This document shows positions 29,963 through 44,418 of a stretch of 64,000 nt of DNA, in pieces. A model generated the notes under the pieces. It did not search any database, was not told the DNA's origin, and saw nothing but the letters and a program-made list of their open reading frames with translations. Position 1 is the first letter of the stretch. Each line of letters starts with the position of its first letter. The DNA is from Octopus vulgaris (lineage: Eukaryota). The position numbers and the translations under genes are program-made. The stretch covers positions 105,462,001 through 105,526,000 of the forward strand of contig OX597815.1 in assembly GCA_951406725.2 (NCBI GenBank), given 5' to 3'.

Positions 29963-30216
29963 AATTATAAACAAGGGCAAAAGTAAAAAGATTTCTATGC
30001 CAATATTCTGGGAATAGACTTTAAATCGTCAATCACCGCATACAAATTGATTCAATATAGAGATAATGCAGTTTTAAAAATTCTGTTAGCTTACCTTCCT
30101 CGATTTCAGCACTACGTGAATTCATAGTGATGTATATTGTACGTGGTGATTGACGATTTAAAGTCTATTCTCAGCATATTGGCATAGAAATCTTTTTTTA
30201 TGCCTTGTTTATAATT
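29963..30216. repeat. Inverted repeat (~80 bp arms, ~90 bp spacer)
   Basis: 'agatttctatgccaatattctgggaatagactttaaatcgtcaatcacc' versus the reverse complement of 30145-30193. Confidence 0.9.
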
Positions 30217-31289
30217 GTTTATAATTTTCACCTTTAAAGTTATTTTAATATGCTGGCCACTTCGATGAAATTTTTTGAAAAAATTTTATCCTATATTAGA
30301 ATATATACTTTCATAAACATATACATATTTCTATGCATATATCTACATATACCCATGCATATATGCAAATACACACATGTCTATCTCTCACACTGTCGGT
30401 CTTTACCTAGGTCAGTAAAAGTTGGTGATAACCAATAAAAGTGTTTTCAGAGAAACTACTATCTACGATATTTCTATAATAAAGGTGAACGTCACTACAT
30501 TAATATGTTTACAAGCTAAGTTTTTTTAACAAAACTCTTCTGCAAGAAGTCCCATACTTGTCAGAAATTTTCATTTGGTAATTAAAATATTTGGCATTAC
30601 AAAACTGTTTGATGTTTCCCCTAATTCATCTTTGAGTGTGAGGGGAGGAGGGAAGGTCGGACAAACATGCTAGTTTAAAACTGAAACAATCCTAAATGAA
30701 ATAAGATCTATAATTTTCAAATTAGCTTAAAATTGATATTCTAATTTATCATACCACTTAACTTTTGATGATTATTTGGCCTAGCACTAATCTATCGATT
30801 TTTTTTATCAATAATATGGTGCAAAGTGGAGAAGTACTACTGATCGAACAATTAATTTTTAATTGCTCCGTAAAAAGGTTTAAATGCAAGACTTCACTGA
30901 CATAATAAAATTATTTTCATTTTCAAATATCCATTGAAATTTATTGCTAGATTGCTAAATTATTTTATTAAATTTTTATATAAAATTCGTATAATTTTTT
31001 CGAGTTTCCGTTAACAGTCTGGCCAATCCAAAATATTTGAAGAAGCTAATTAGTTTGGGTCTTTCATACAATATTAACGATGTTGTTTCAAATAAAGCCA
31101 GTACCAGATCGCCATGGAAGTACACATACACACATGCACACACATACATACATACACACAAACATACATACATACATACACACAAACATACATACATACA
31201 TACATACATACATACATACATACATACATGCATGCATGCATACATACATACGTACATACATACATACATACATACATACATACATACAT

Positions 31290-32205
31290 AAGAGGATACT
31301 CACTTGCAAACTGATTACCTTCACGCAGGAGCTAAAAGCTGTCAGTGAAAAGCTCCGACATCAGAAGAGAATAACCGAGAGAAGAACAATAAACAACAAG
31401 TTTAACCGCAACCAGGCAGCAGTACACAGAGACATGAGAGGAGGAGCAGTAAACATCATGGAAGCTCCTTCACTAGAAGACATAGACTCCTTCTGGAGGG
31501 AAATCAGGAATGAAGAGAAGGATTTTAATCAAGATGCTCTGTAGCTGGAAGAACTCCGAAAAAGTTATTTCTCCTGCGTTACGTCTAAGACATACAACAT
31601 TGATGGTGAAACTCTTGCGACTGTTATCCAGAAATTCCTGGATGGAAAAGCACCTGGGAGAGACTTGATTGTTGAATGTTGATACAAGAAGCTAACATTC
31701 TATCGACCATATCTTATCAATCTTAACCAGCAAGTTCTCTTTGGGAACAGTAGCATACCACACAGGTTAGCTCTGGCAGAGACAAAATTGATCCCCAAAT
31801 GCAGAACCACCCGCATGGCAAAAAGCTACAGGCCACCAGAACTTAATGTATAAGATATACTGCATGTTTAAACCTCTTCCTTCAGGACCATAGTCAAACC
31901 AATAACATTATCACAGCACACGCAGCTGGGAAGAAGGGAGTTTGGGGATATGCCGAACAATTATTAATCAACAAAGCTGTGATGTCAGAGGTGCGAGAGC
32001 ATAGGCGGATTCTACTTTCAATATGGGTAGACCACAAGAAAGCCTTTGACTCTGTTCCCCACTCAAGGATGCTGGAAGCCCTTCAACTTGCTAAAGTTCC
32101 AATGACAATAGTCAAAGCCATAGCTGATCTGATTTCATCGTAGGCCACTATCTTGAAATTAAATACAAGAGTAACTGTATTATCACCGATAGAATATAGT
32201 AGCGA
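31290..32205 (+). mobile_element. Internal fragment of R4/Dong-like LINE (pre-RT region and RT N-half)
   Basis: INNKFNRNQAAVHR, SFWREI, KAPGRDLI, EQLLINKAV, DHKKAFDSVPH; its last ~150 bp overlap the start of the 12115 copy; abuts (ACAT)n. Confidence 0.85.
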
Positions 32206-32317
32206 AAAGGCACATTGATAACATGAGACTGGTAAAGATATTTGAAATAGGGATCCGCGGGTGTCATGCAGGAGGGCAAAATTTGTTTCCAAACAGGAAA
32301 GGTGATGTACACTTTAC

Positions 32318-32780
32318 AGGTGTAGACTGGTGCTATGGTTAAGGAACTTACTTCCTACCCATTTGGTCCTGAGATCAGTTGAGGAGTGCCACTGTGCAGC
32401 ACCCTGTTTTAGTGTCTTACACTATACCCTCAGCACGAATGGATTTAGTTGACAGAAACCGAAAGAAACCGTTCATATGTGTGAATATGTGTGAAAGAAA
32501 AGGGGGAGAGTGTATGCTTGTGTATGTGTGTGTGCACGCGCGTGTGCGCGTGTGTGTGTGTGTGTGTGCGTGTACATGCGTGTGTATGCCTTTCTATTAG
32601 TCTGTCTTTGTATTTGTGATGTGTTTGTTCCCCACCGCCGCTTGGTAACTGGTTTTGGTTTGTTTAAATCTCAATAACATAGCATTCGGCAAAAGATTCC
32701 GATTTATTAAGTACCAGAGTCAACTTCCAGTCTTTAAAATAAATACTGGTGTCGGTTTGTTCACCTAAATCCTTCAAGGC
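32318..32780 (+). mobile_element. Degenerate tRNA-derived SINE with internal (TG)n
   Basis: Head similar to 53078-53163, followed by body and tail segments of the type I recall for cephalopod SINEs. Confidence 0.6.
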
Positions 32781-33189
32781 CTCTTAGATTGGGCGCTGTC
32801 TACTGACTATAAACAAATAACTGAATAAAAAAGGAAAGAGAAAGACAAAAAGTAATGTGGTAAGATATAGAAACAGCGCTAGAAGAATCCAGAGAGGAGG
32901 AAAAGAGAATGACAGGGAGTCGCACCCCTTCAATGAGGCGTAGGAAGATGGGGCATACACATGCAAAGATACAAATATATTACGTGCTTACTTACACACA
33001 CACACACGTACACACACTGATATACACATGTATATTTATATGCTTACATGCATTCATATATATATATATATATATATATACTCACACACACAACATATAT
33101 ACATATGTATGTGTGTATATGCATATATATATATGTGTGTGTGTGTGTGTATTAGTATTCATTGTATCACATTATCATTTGAATCAGAG

Positions 33190-35000
33190 TTCTCCAGGAA
33201 TGATTTTTGCAACATTGAATATTGTTCTTCCATCATAGCCTCCAGTCCATTCATGTTGACTTATATATTCAGTCGAATAATCAGAAACCTCAGTATCTAA
33301 TTTACTTCTAGCACTGTGTTTGTACGTGATTCGTATTTTGATATCTGTTTGAAATGCAACAAAATATACGTTTTGATGCACTGGAAAAATATTGTAGCTA
33401 ATTATTTCAAATTTATGTCTCATTGCTTAAACTCCCAGCGAGGATCAAGCTCGAAATCGATAAGTTTCCATGGAAGCATCACAATTTTTTCAGCGTTTGA
33501 GATCAATCTACTCTAAACATATGCTTTCTTAACTCCTTCAAAAGACATCTCATCTTAATTTATTTCAGTCGATGATTTATTGAACAACCCTTGTTAAATA
33601 TTGTTTAAACTAACTGCAGATATTTTTACTTCAAGATGACCATTGCATCTTATGTTTTGAAATCTTGACCAAAGTTATTCCTATTAAAAACATTAGAGAA
33701 ACTATTTATTTTGACAACCAAAATACTACTAAACAAGATACAATTAACCAAAAGACCCAACCTTTCAAATGACAATAATGGTTCCTGATTTAAGCATAAA
33801 ACTAATAATCCTCTCGATCCTAATATTTGATTGGTACTTTCTTTTATTGAACTCAGAGGGGTGAATGGCGAAGTTAATTTCGGCAAGAAGAGAAAAATAC
33901 CGGGAAGTCTTACGATCTGCCAATGCGCATAAAATCTTAAAAAATGTCTAACTACAAACTTTTTACCCACTTCAAGGTAAAAAAAGATAATAATTCATAA
34001 GTTCAAAGAACGTAATTGTCCAAAACTTCGTTTTCCCTTAAATCCAAACACAGTAATCCGATTCTTCCAAAACTGTAAAACAGGTCTACTCTCCTCAAAA
34101 GAGAATAATTATTTCTTTATTACAAACAAGAGTTTAAAGACATCGGAGTTTATGCAAAAATGTGATGCAAAACACAAAATATAAAAGCAAGATATAGCAG
34201 AAATTAGCAAAAAAGAAAATCAGCTCATTTTCAAAAATATCTCGCTCTTGTCTACTACTCGTCTTCTCTAAAACGCTATCGTGTAAGCTCAATCGACAGT
34301 TTACCCGGTTGATAGAGAACATTCCAACTATCAGGCATCTAATTTTTATTTACTATTGACCTAGGGAAGCAGTTCCATCAACTGGTCTATCTGTGGGAAA
34401 TTATGCCTTACAAAAGCGATCACATCTGCTGGTGGTGTAAAAATCTTTGTAAAATTCACATTCCCAGACCACGTCTAAGCATCACCAGCCACACCATACT
34501 GAGCATAACTTCCATGCAGGTGTCAGCAGCAAATAGACCACCTGAAATATTCGTTCTTACGCTTCTTATGAAAGAGATACGTTCCATTCTGATCAGAAAA
34601 ATAATGGGACAAAGCAAAAGGCCTGGCGATAATATATGACAGAGATAAGATGCACGTTTTTCACCTCTGTCCGAACTTTGAAGAATAGCCCATTTCTAAG
34701 TGAGACTTTCTTGCTTGTAACCTCGACTCAGTATCCATATATTTGAAATTGCAAACCAAATCAAAACTCAAGATACTTGATTAATCTGTTTGTCTAGTGC
34801 CCAACAATTCTATCCGAAAGCATGAATTTGTTTCGTTGGGTGCCATTCTGTAATTCCATTGACTTCCCTATTAATCTTTACTCTGGTTCTGCTTCCTATT
34901 CTTTTGAAAAGGTATCCACCATCCCGACAATCAAAGATAATCTTTCTGTTATTTTGCCTTACCAGATACTGCAGTTTAGTTATGGCCGAACTGCAGTTTA
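33190..35000 (-). mobile_element. Possible very old APE-type LINE relic
   Basis: Non-microsatellite block with LINE-like strand asymmetry; only faint motif remnants. Confidence 0.3.
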
Positions 35001-37377
35001 GTTGTGATCACAACTTATTTTCCTAATAGGCCGGTTTATATTGTTAACCGACATCCCCGGTGGCTCGTTTCTTATGGTTATTTGTGTAAAGCAACGTTCC
35101 CTATAAGAGGACATAGAAATAGTTCTGTCTTTCTCTCTAAGTAGTGGCGTACCTTTTGGTGTGCTGTTTCGTATTGGACAGGGTTCGTTGATTCTTGCTG
35201 CTTGTTAAATAGACAGTGGTCCCCTGTTTAATTTTTTGAATGGTTTCTTTCGATTTTACCAACATACTACCTTTCTTGACATGCTTTTTTTGCTTCGCTC
35301 AACTTCTCATTCGGTAAAGGAGCTAGCCTTTGTGGGCTTATTTATATTCATGCAGCAATTGTTTGCATTTTTACAGAATAGTTGCGGCTTCTTTTTGTTC
35401 CCTCTGTTTTATTCTTATTCGTGGAATTACGATGCTGATACTTTTGTTGGTAATTATATTGTTGTTGCTATTGATAACAGTTGTAATAGTTGCGTGTGAT
35501 TGTTTTGTCCCTGGTAACATTGAGGCTGCTATAGCCTTTTCTTTACACGCAGGACTACTGCATTCACGGTAAAGCAAATGTTTTCGGCAACGAAACTCTT
35601 TATATTCTTTGGCTATCTCTCATTCAACCCCTGTTCGTTCAGCAAAAAAGAGCCGCCCTTTCACATACACTCTCTTAGTGCCTTCTCTAACCAATACCAT
35701 CTTCTTACTGAAGTTATATTTCTTTTTAGACATCTTAGACAAATATTTATGTAAACTGTGAAAAAAACTCTTACGGCCCATAACTGTGAAACATTAACAA
35801 CAGTAAATACTGGGGATATACCGGGTGGCGACATAGACCTGAAGCTCAGCTTGGAAAATGAGACCTCGAATAATAATAATTTGAGAAGAGAAAAGACAAA
35901 TGAAAGTACCCGTAAGATGCCATATGATTGAAGATGCCTAAAGAAAATAACCTTTCGAAGACAAAAGCAATACTAAAAAAACACAATATTGTTGTAAACT
36001 TCAAAGCAGCCCTGATGGAACAGACCTACAATCAAAGGCTTTCTTCTCTACCTGTGACAAACTGTTTTTTTTTTAATTTTATGCCTGTTTTGTTTTGTTT
36101 TTCAGACACAGTTTCACACAAACTACACCATCCACTGTGGCTTTCCATTTATAAGACAGGTAGAGTGTGATTTAAGGGATATGTGGCTGCTATTTCTAAC
36201 AATAAATATGTTGTTCTAGCATGCAGACGCTCCATGGTGACAGGTAAGGGAAAATAACAGGATGAAGGGTAAAAATACTGGAACATTACTGGAGCGACAG
36301 GAGAAATATTATACTGACGTCATTGACAATCAGTTGCACTGAGAGAGTTTTGATGCCAGAAATAGATTAACCACGTGATCGATGAAGCATCCAACGATCA
36401 GCAAAAATAAACTACGTCATAAAAAATGTATTTGTGTGTGTCTGCATGCACACACACGTTCACGCAAACATATATACATGCACATACACACACACACGCA
36501 CACACATATACATACACACACATATACAAATGCACACGTATCTGTGAATGTGTGTGCTCATTTTTCTATTATATTTCTGTGTGTACGTGCATATGTTGCC
36601 ATCTCTTTCCATGTGTATGTGTGTATGTAGGTATTTGTGTGTATATGTGCATGTATGTGTGTGTTCATGTGTACCTTATGTGTATTCATAGGTGCGTTAA
36701 AATGAGTGTATGTGTAAATGTATGTCTGCGTATGTGAGCGTATGTCTCTGTGTGAGTATATGTGTGTATATACGTGTAAGTAAATGTGAGTGAACATACG
36801 TGTTTATGTGAGTGTGCCTCAGTGTGTAGCCATGCTTCATGGTTATGTAATCTTCAGGTACAGAATTTAAAATTAGATTACTTTGAAAGTGTGAAAATTT
36901 GAATAACGAAAACTCATTTCCAACGATTATTATAACCATTTATTCGTGTTTACTAGCCGAGTTTCAATGTGACCTTTGTTGTTCTTCATCTTAACAACAA
37001 CAATTAACCTTGAGAAAAAATAACATTGGGGAGTGGAAACAAGTTAGGCTTGTATTTGTTTTTTTATTGTTATTGTCGTTATTATTGTTGTTTCCCTACC
37101 TGATTTATATTTTTTTCATTCTTCATTTTGTCTATAATTTTCTTCCGATCTTACAAAAAGTGGGTAGCCTATATCTTAACAACTGAAGAAAGGTAAAATA
37201 AAAGCACCTTTATAAACAAGGTAAGCGGTGATTCCTGGTTGAAGATATTTCACATCGTTGAAAGAACTAACAGCCTTAAGAAAGGCATGAATGCCACGCA
37301 GGCTCAGTCTGTTCAGCAGTAGACGAATAGCCTTCCTATTAAATAAGAAATCAATATTATGGAAGCAATAAAGACAG

Positions 37378-37655
37378 AGAGCTGACAGAATTATTAGCAC
37401 GCCGGATAAAATGCTCAGCGGTATTTCGTCCGTTTTTTAAGGCTGCCAGATGGCAAAATCGTTAGTACGCCGGGTAAAATGCATTGTAGCATTTCATCCG
37501 CCTTTACGATCTAAGTTTAAATTCCACCGAGGTCGACTTTACCTTTTATCCTTTCGGAATCGATAAAATAAGTACCAGTTGAGCACTGGGATCAAAATAA
37601 TCAACTAATCCTTTCCCTGAAATTGCTGGCCTTGTGTCAAAATTTGAAAGCAATA
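37378..37655 (+). mobile_element. tRNA-derived SINE with duplicated head
   Basis: Two successive heads, then the 'aaattccaccgaggtcgacttt...aagtaccag' body shared with the 39960, 44547 and 55849 copies. Confidence 0.85.
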
Positions 37656-38721
37656 TTACAGGTGCAGGTGATTAGTTGTAGGCTTATTTTGAGTTTTCTA
37701 TATGAACTAAAACTGATGGTTTTTATCTATTTTCTATTTCCATTGACCTTAGAATTTTTTCTGGATTGACTACCTGTGTCAAATTAGCTGTTCTGAGTTC
37801 CAATCTCATGGATGTCACATCTTTATTCTTTCAGATTTTATTAGTGCTACATAACCGGTTATGCAGAATTTAGTGAAAAAACTAACAGATTTAAGGACCA
37901 GTTAATACATTCAGTGATGTATAATAAACTTCCGGAGCCGCCAACAAATTTACGGATCAGCAAACAAATTTAGCGAACTGCCGACAAACATCAAAAATCT
38001 GATTGAGGGAAAATACCAACGTGGAATGTTTTACAGATATGCAATGCGACAGCGTCCCACATATGCAATATAGTGAGTTTAAAATCGTTTAATTGAGATT
38101 ATTCATGCAAGTTGTAGACAAAATCTCCCTCGATTGGTGCTTAAGGATACGATTAAGTCGGTTAAGTCAGTTAAGTCGAGAAAGAGGGAGGGAATGAGAG
38201 AGCGTTGCAATAACAACAGCTTCAACAACAACGGAATAAATAAGTGAATGGCAGAAAAGTAATCGATGCGTATTTCATTATTAGCTAACCTATCGGCTTA
38301 AAGAAAGGTCTCACTTGTGTAATAGAAGGAATTGAGAAAGCTTGTGATTATTCATGCAATTAGAAAGCACAAACTCCCTCTAGGGGTGTTTAAGATTTAG
38401 AAGAGAACGGAGAAGAATAATGACTGCATTTAGAGAATACAGTCTTACACACAAAGATACGTTTACCACAGATGCAGTAAATTAGGAGTTTTCTGGTACA
38501 AGAAAACTATTATAAAAAAAATTCACTCTATGACTACAAAAATATCTATTGAAAAATGATCGATTATATGTGTGTGTGTATGTGTACGTGCGTGCGAGTG
38601 TGTGTTTGTCTATGTATATGTCTTTCTCTCTCTCTCTCTTCCTCTCTCTATATAAATACACACACACATACGTAGGGTGTTCGGACTAAATTTGATGATT
38701 TTTTTGTCTACCTTTTTTCAG

Positions 38722-38957
38722 GTATAGCTGTGATGCTTCCCTACTACTTCTACTCATGATCAAAGATGCGCATATTGCAGCCACCAAAGGAGATGCTCAA
38801 CTGGTTTAGGTCAAACAACTGACAAGCAAATCTGTGGTATTGGGGAGAATATTTGTTGTAGCCCATCTTTTATACCAAAACAAAACAATGTACATGATAA
38901 CACTTCCAATCAGTTAAGATCAGAAGCCATGAGAGCTACCGTCTGGTACTGCAACAG

Positions 38958-38960
<3 letters not shown>
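38722..38960 (+). mobile_element. Truncated copy of the (TAA)n-associated element
   Basis: Reverse complement of 23269-23500; followed by (ATT)n. Confidence 0.85.
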
Positions 38961-39019
<59 letters not shown>

Positions 39020-39958
39020 GTTAAGACGAATGCTAGAAGAAATCTACAAGCCTAAATATGTAAAATCAAATTCTATTATTTATATTAAAATACGTGAAAA
39101 GAAAAATTATCTCTAAGTAGCTTTATATTTGTGAAAACATGTACTGGAATAACTTTCGGGGATTTTATCTTCTTTTAGTATTTATTTCAAGCACAATTTA
39201 TCATCGCAGAAAAAATATTTCAGATCTGGTCTTTTATTTAATATTGTTCAGTTTGAAAAAAAAAGGTATTGGGTAAAAAGCAAAACTTCAATATTTTGTA
39301 TAATGATTTTTCAATTGTATTTATCTCAACAACAAACGAGATAAATGGGCAGAAATTAATAGGAAGTAATTCAAAAACTGGTAATTTATTTCCGTTGCCG
39401 TTATAAGAAAAACAAAACAAAAAAGCTAAAACAAAAGAAAGTAAAAAATTCCATTCGCACAATAATTAATCGACCGACAGTAAATATTGGGGAAGTAATG
39501 ACACTGCAAATGTCACATATCGGTGTTCAAGTCACCATATTCCATACATTTCAGAAGTATGACTATAACATGACTATACTAAGTAATAATTACAAATGAT
39601 TTACAACCTGTTCATAATCTGTAAATCTCCATAATTTTTACACATAATATTGGAATCTTTAACAAGAACAAGCAAGATAAATTCTAAACACCGTGTGACG
39701 TTCGTCAGCTACCAATCTAATCATTAGACTATCGCAGCTGTATGTAAAATACATATAAATGGTTGAATATATATATATACGCACACATACATATATATAT
39801 GAACACACACACATACATATATATATATACAGAGACACACATATATGTATGTCTGTCTGCATGTATATATGTATTTGCATGTGTATATAAACGTGTAGGT
39901 GGTAACACCATGGTCCAGCACAGCCCTACCCCTTGCTTTAGTAATCGTCCGGATACTA

Positions 39959-40342
39959 AGACGGTGAGCTGACAGAAACGTTAGCACGCCGGGCGAAATG
40001 CGTAGCCGTATTTCGTCTGCCGCTACGTTCTGAGTTCAAATTCCGCCGAGGTCGACTTTGCCTTTCATCCTTTCGGGGTCGATAAATTAAGTACCAGTTA
40101 CGCACTGGTGTCGATGTAATCGACTTAATCCGTTTGTCTGTCCTTGTTTGTCCCCTCTGTGTTTAGCCCCTTGTGGGTAGTAAAGAAATAGGTATTTTGC
40201 CTGCCGCTACGTTCTGAGTTCAAATTCCGCCGAGGTTGACTTTGCCTTTCAGTCTTTCGGGGTCGATAGACCAAGTACCAGTTACGCACTGGGATCAATC
40301 TAATCCCCAAAACTTCGGGCCTTGTGCCTAGGGTAGAGAAGA
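39959..40342 (+). mobile_element. Dimeric tRNA-derived SINE
   Basis: Head plus body, second body starting at ~40192; B-box GAGTTCAAATTCC; degenerate TSD aatcgtccggatacta / aatcgtccgaacacca. Confidence 0.9.
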
Positions 40343-41135
40343 ATCGTCCGAACACCACTAATGCCCCTCGAATTAGCAACACTAGAACCAATGGCTACGG
40401 TGTAGCGAAGGCGAAAAATGTCTTCTGACTCTTATACCCCTAGAGACGCTATAAACCCGAATACAACACGTCCTACCACTGCCACTTTATCTAACAAAAC
40501 CAGTAATGTGCTAAATACTACCATTGAGTTTCACAGTGCAGGTCCTCAGAATGCTAACATGTCTGGTGTCGGAATAAACACCATCCACGCTGTTTTAGAT
40601 TAAGCCCGCTCACCGGCAATAACTATAAGCCCGACTAAGTGAGGTTAGTATCCCTGTTTCCACCTGTAGGATTAATGATAGCACAAACCACAATGAGACC
40701 TATAAGGTGCAAGAGTTTACTGCCCGTAAGAAAACTTGTAATTTTAGGGTATAGCGAAATTTTCCACTAAAGAGCAATTGGTTGCGTTATAACGTTGTGT
40801 ACATGTATACTAACATATCAAAGTTCTATATACATATATATACATGCATACACACACAGAGACACACACACCACACAGACACACACACCACACAGACAGG
40901 CACACACACACAGACACACACCTATATTTGTATATGCGTGTATATATAAATAAATAAATATATATATATATATATATAAAATAAAGATATTTGTGTAATC
41001 CCTTTTCACGTGAAAACGGCTTCACTAATTACTTCCATAATTGTGATGCATGAATAATTTGACCTTGGACACATAATAGGGTCTTCATTTGATTATTGCT
41101 TTATATTTATGATTCACTTTTCTATATATGTGTGC

Positions 41136-41169
<34 letters not shown>

Positions 41170-41281
41170 GCGGTGTCTAAGTGACACTCTCTCTTTCTCC
41201 TCTCTCTCGCACATATACAAGAAAGATGTATGCATATTTATGTATGTACGTATACATGACAACACACCCGTTCTTTCTCTT

Positions 41282-41315
<34 letters not shown>

Positions 41316-41414
41316 TACACACACACACACACACGTCCATTTCATCTGATGTTTGATACTGTATGTATGTGTGTGCATGCGTGTGTGTGTGCGTGAGTGC
41401 GTACGAGCGTGTGT

Positions 41415-42590
41415 GCAGCGTTCCACAATCGCCAGAAAAAATCAGAGGAATTTTCTTTCTTGATGCTCCTGGTGACACAGATAAAATATTTGTAACATTG
41501 CTTCTCTTCATGATAAGGTAGCAAAAAAGAATTGCAGTTGCTGTGCCATTGTCTGGCTTTGCTGCCACCATTCTCCCAGGAGGATGAACAGCTCATTCTA
41601 CTTTTAGATTACTGCTAAACCTGGTCGCAAATGACAATTCAATTTGTAACATAAGCAAAGATTCAGGTTCACCAGAAGTGTTGTGTCAATGCCACCTTAT
41701 CATTTGGGATGAATGCACCATGTCACATACAGGTGCAATGGATGCTCTTGGTAAGACCTTACAGAACATCAGAGGCAACAATAAATCTATGGGAGAAGTT
41801 ACATTAGTTTTATCAAGAGACTTCATGCAGACATTACTTGCCATTCCGTGACGAACAAGATCTAAGGAAACAAAAGCATTGCATTAAGTCTTCACACCTA
41901 TGGAATAAAGTACTGAAATTCTCCTTCAGTACTAATGTGCGACCCTTATTACATGGGGGTCATGTGCAAAACAGTTTTAAACCTGGCTCCTCCAATTAGG
42001 AAATGGGAAAGTACCATTTGATGGGAATGGTGATATCAGTTTGGGTCATATTGCTATCATGGCGAATTCCCCAACTGAATTGAAGTACAGGGTATTTCCA
42101 GACTTAAGTAATAATTATAGTTCACATAAATGCTTGTGTGAAAGGGCAATTCTTGCTCCAAAAAATGAGACATTAGCAAGAATTAACCATGAATTAATGA
42201 ATGAGATTCCAAGTCATTAAGAAGTAGAAATCAGCTGATTTAGTCCTTCATGAAAATCAAGCTGTTCATTACCCAACAGAGTTCCTGAATTCTCTTGAGC
42301 CACTAGGAACTCCTCCACATAAAATTTTCCTGAAGGTAGGAATCCTAATAATGATTCTAAAATATTTAGATCCTCCTAAATTATGCAATGAGACACGGTT
42401 GATTATGAAGACATTACCACCTAATGTGACAGCAGCTACCATCATCATTGGATGTGCCTCTGAGGAAGAGGCTTTCATTCGAAGAATTCCTATCAAACCA
42501 ACAGACATACCATTTGAATTCAAATGGACACAATTCTCAATGCGACTTTGCTTTGCAATGTCTATTAATAAAGCTCAAGGTCAGTCTTAA
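41415..42590 (+). pseudogene. Degenerate Helitron Pif1-family helicase fragment
   Basis: FFLDAPGDTDK, IWDECTM, RAILAPKN, LDPPKLCNETRL, FAMSINKAQGQS; multiple stops and frameshifts. Confidence 0.9.
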
Positions 42591-42699
42591 TTATCTCCTT
42601 TCATAAAAGTGATAAATTTCGTATTTTCGTTTATTATAGTTATTATTATTATTATTATTATCATTATTATTATTATTATTATTATTATTAGCTGATAAT

Positions 42700-43420
42700 T
42701 AAGGGGTCGCCCACAAGCAGACTATTTATAATGAAACAGGGGAAGTCTTATCATGTAGCACTATAGTTAAATACTTTAAAACACTGTTGCTATATTGTAT
42801 ACAGTTAAAGTTTAGGGTTATTCAAAAGATTAAGAAGAATATTTTAACAAAAGGATAGAAATTAATGAATACTTTTGAGTATATATCTAACTTTTGTCAT
42901 AATAGAGGGAGGAAACAAAATTATATAGAAATAGTTTGATATTTCTGCATATTGTATACTTAAATACTAACTCATCAGATGGTATCAGTGAATATTGATT
43001 AAATGATATTTACTGGTATTAATAAAGGAGTATTTAGGTAAAAGAAGATGCTAATTATATATTAATAAAATTTTAATCTAAGCAGTTTTTTTATAAGTAG
43101 GGAATATATCAGTATAGTTTATAGAGATACAAAATTTAGAATAATTTTATAAATAGATAAAGGATAATTATAAAATAAAATAAAATAATCAAGGGCAGAA
43201 CACCGTAGAAAAGGAATAAAATGGCTTAATTACAAATACTATGGTAAAGTATATGTAGCTTGTCAACACCAATAGAGAAGATATTTTAGAAAAAAGTATA
43301 ATAGTTCAAAATATATTAGACTAAAAATTATATTTAATATCTATAAAAGACTGATGTTTGGTATCGGCTAAAGGAATATTTAAGTTATTTTACACTAATC
43401 TTTTTTTAAATTTAGGGTTG
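42700..43420 (-). mobile_element. Possible AT-rich degenerate Penelope-type RT fragment
   Basis: Minus-strand remnants resembling PK..K / NIPL(RP) and VSL(YT)..IP in the expected order; heavily decayed. Confidence 0.35.
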
Positions 43421-43518
43421 TTTTATAGGTTTAATTAACAGCTTATTTTATAGGTTTAATTAACAGCTTATTTTATAGGTTTAATTATCAGCTCATTTAT
43501 AGGTTTAATTATCAGATA
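43421..43518. repeat. 25 bp minisatellite, about 4 copies (TTTTATAGGTTTAATTAACAGCTTA)
   Basis: Directly visible tandem units with no spacers. Confidence 0.9.
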
Positions 43519-43868
43519 ATATCTTACTAAACCTCATGACATTGCTTCTAATATATCTTGATTTTTATGACTATACCAACTAGAATGTCTGTCTACTCCC
43601 TCAACCCTACTCCAAACAGATACTTCCCTCTGTTTCTCTCAGCCTTAGATATACAAGAGTTTGATAAACTAGTCTATAAGTGAAAAATGACCCCATAGAA
43701 AAAGCAAAACATCAGTGACAGGCAGTTTCTTCTTGAAAATTTTAGTTACGGCTATGCTGTTGTAGGTACAACATGTTCTTTGTCTATCTCCCTAACTTCT
43801 TGGAGATTTTAGATATAATTATACTAATGTGTCCATCTGTTCTAATTTAACTAAATTCTATGTCTTTG

Positions 43869-43955
43869 TGCAGCTGAAGATTGCTCTACATTTTAAATTG
43901 ATGTAATGATTGCATTGGTCAATTAAATGGAGTTGCATGAAACGATCGTACTGCA
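43869..43955 (+). ncRNA. Type I hammerhead ribozyme motif
   Basis: TGCAG (stem I) - CTGAAGA - long stem II - GAAA - CGATCG - TA - CTGCA (stem I'). Confidence 0.7.
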
Positions 43956-43984
43956 TTACCTCTGGATATCCTTGTTGCTTATTT

Positions 43985-43986
<2 letters not shown>

Positions 43987-44052
<66 letters not shown>
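43987..44052. repeat. (TA)n microsatellite
   Basis: Directly visible. Confidence 0.95.
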
Positions 44053-44055
<3 letters not shown>

Positions 44056-44377
44056 TATATACATTTTATTCATATAGACACATTTGTTTATTTGTTTATT
44101 TGTTTGACGCAAGACGAGATGTATCAAACTAATTGTCAGATGCTCTAACCTAAATTACTTTTCTGAAATTAGGACTGTAAAGCATGAAGAGAAAAAGAAG
44201 CGAATGGAATCATAGAGAAATGTGCTTTCGTCTTTGGTCATGATCAAAATGGCTGGAAATTAGAAACGCAGTAACTGGGGGAAAAGAAAAGGTTTTATAA
44301 GTAGCAAGGGAGTTAACTCTCAGCCGTTTTTGTATGATTGTTGCTTTGGAGCGTACATATATCTGTCAGCAATTAAA

Positions 44378-44418
<41 letters not shown>

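Noticed and set aside
40762-40800. Another hammerhead (CTAAAGA-GCAA-TTGG-TTGC-G)
   Set aside because: The core is mutated and GAAA is absent; too degenerate to support.
43421-43518. CRISPR-like array
   Set aside because: The units are directly tandem with no spacers and the context is eukaryotic; it is a minisatellite.
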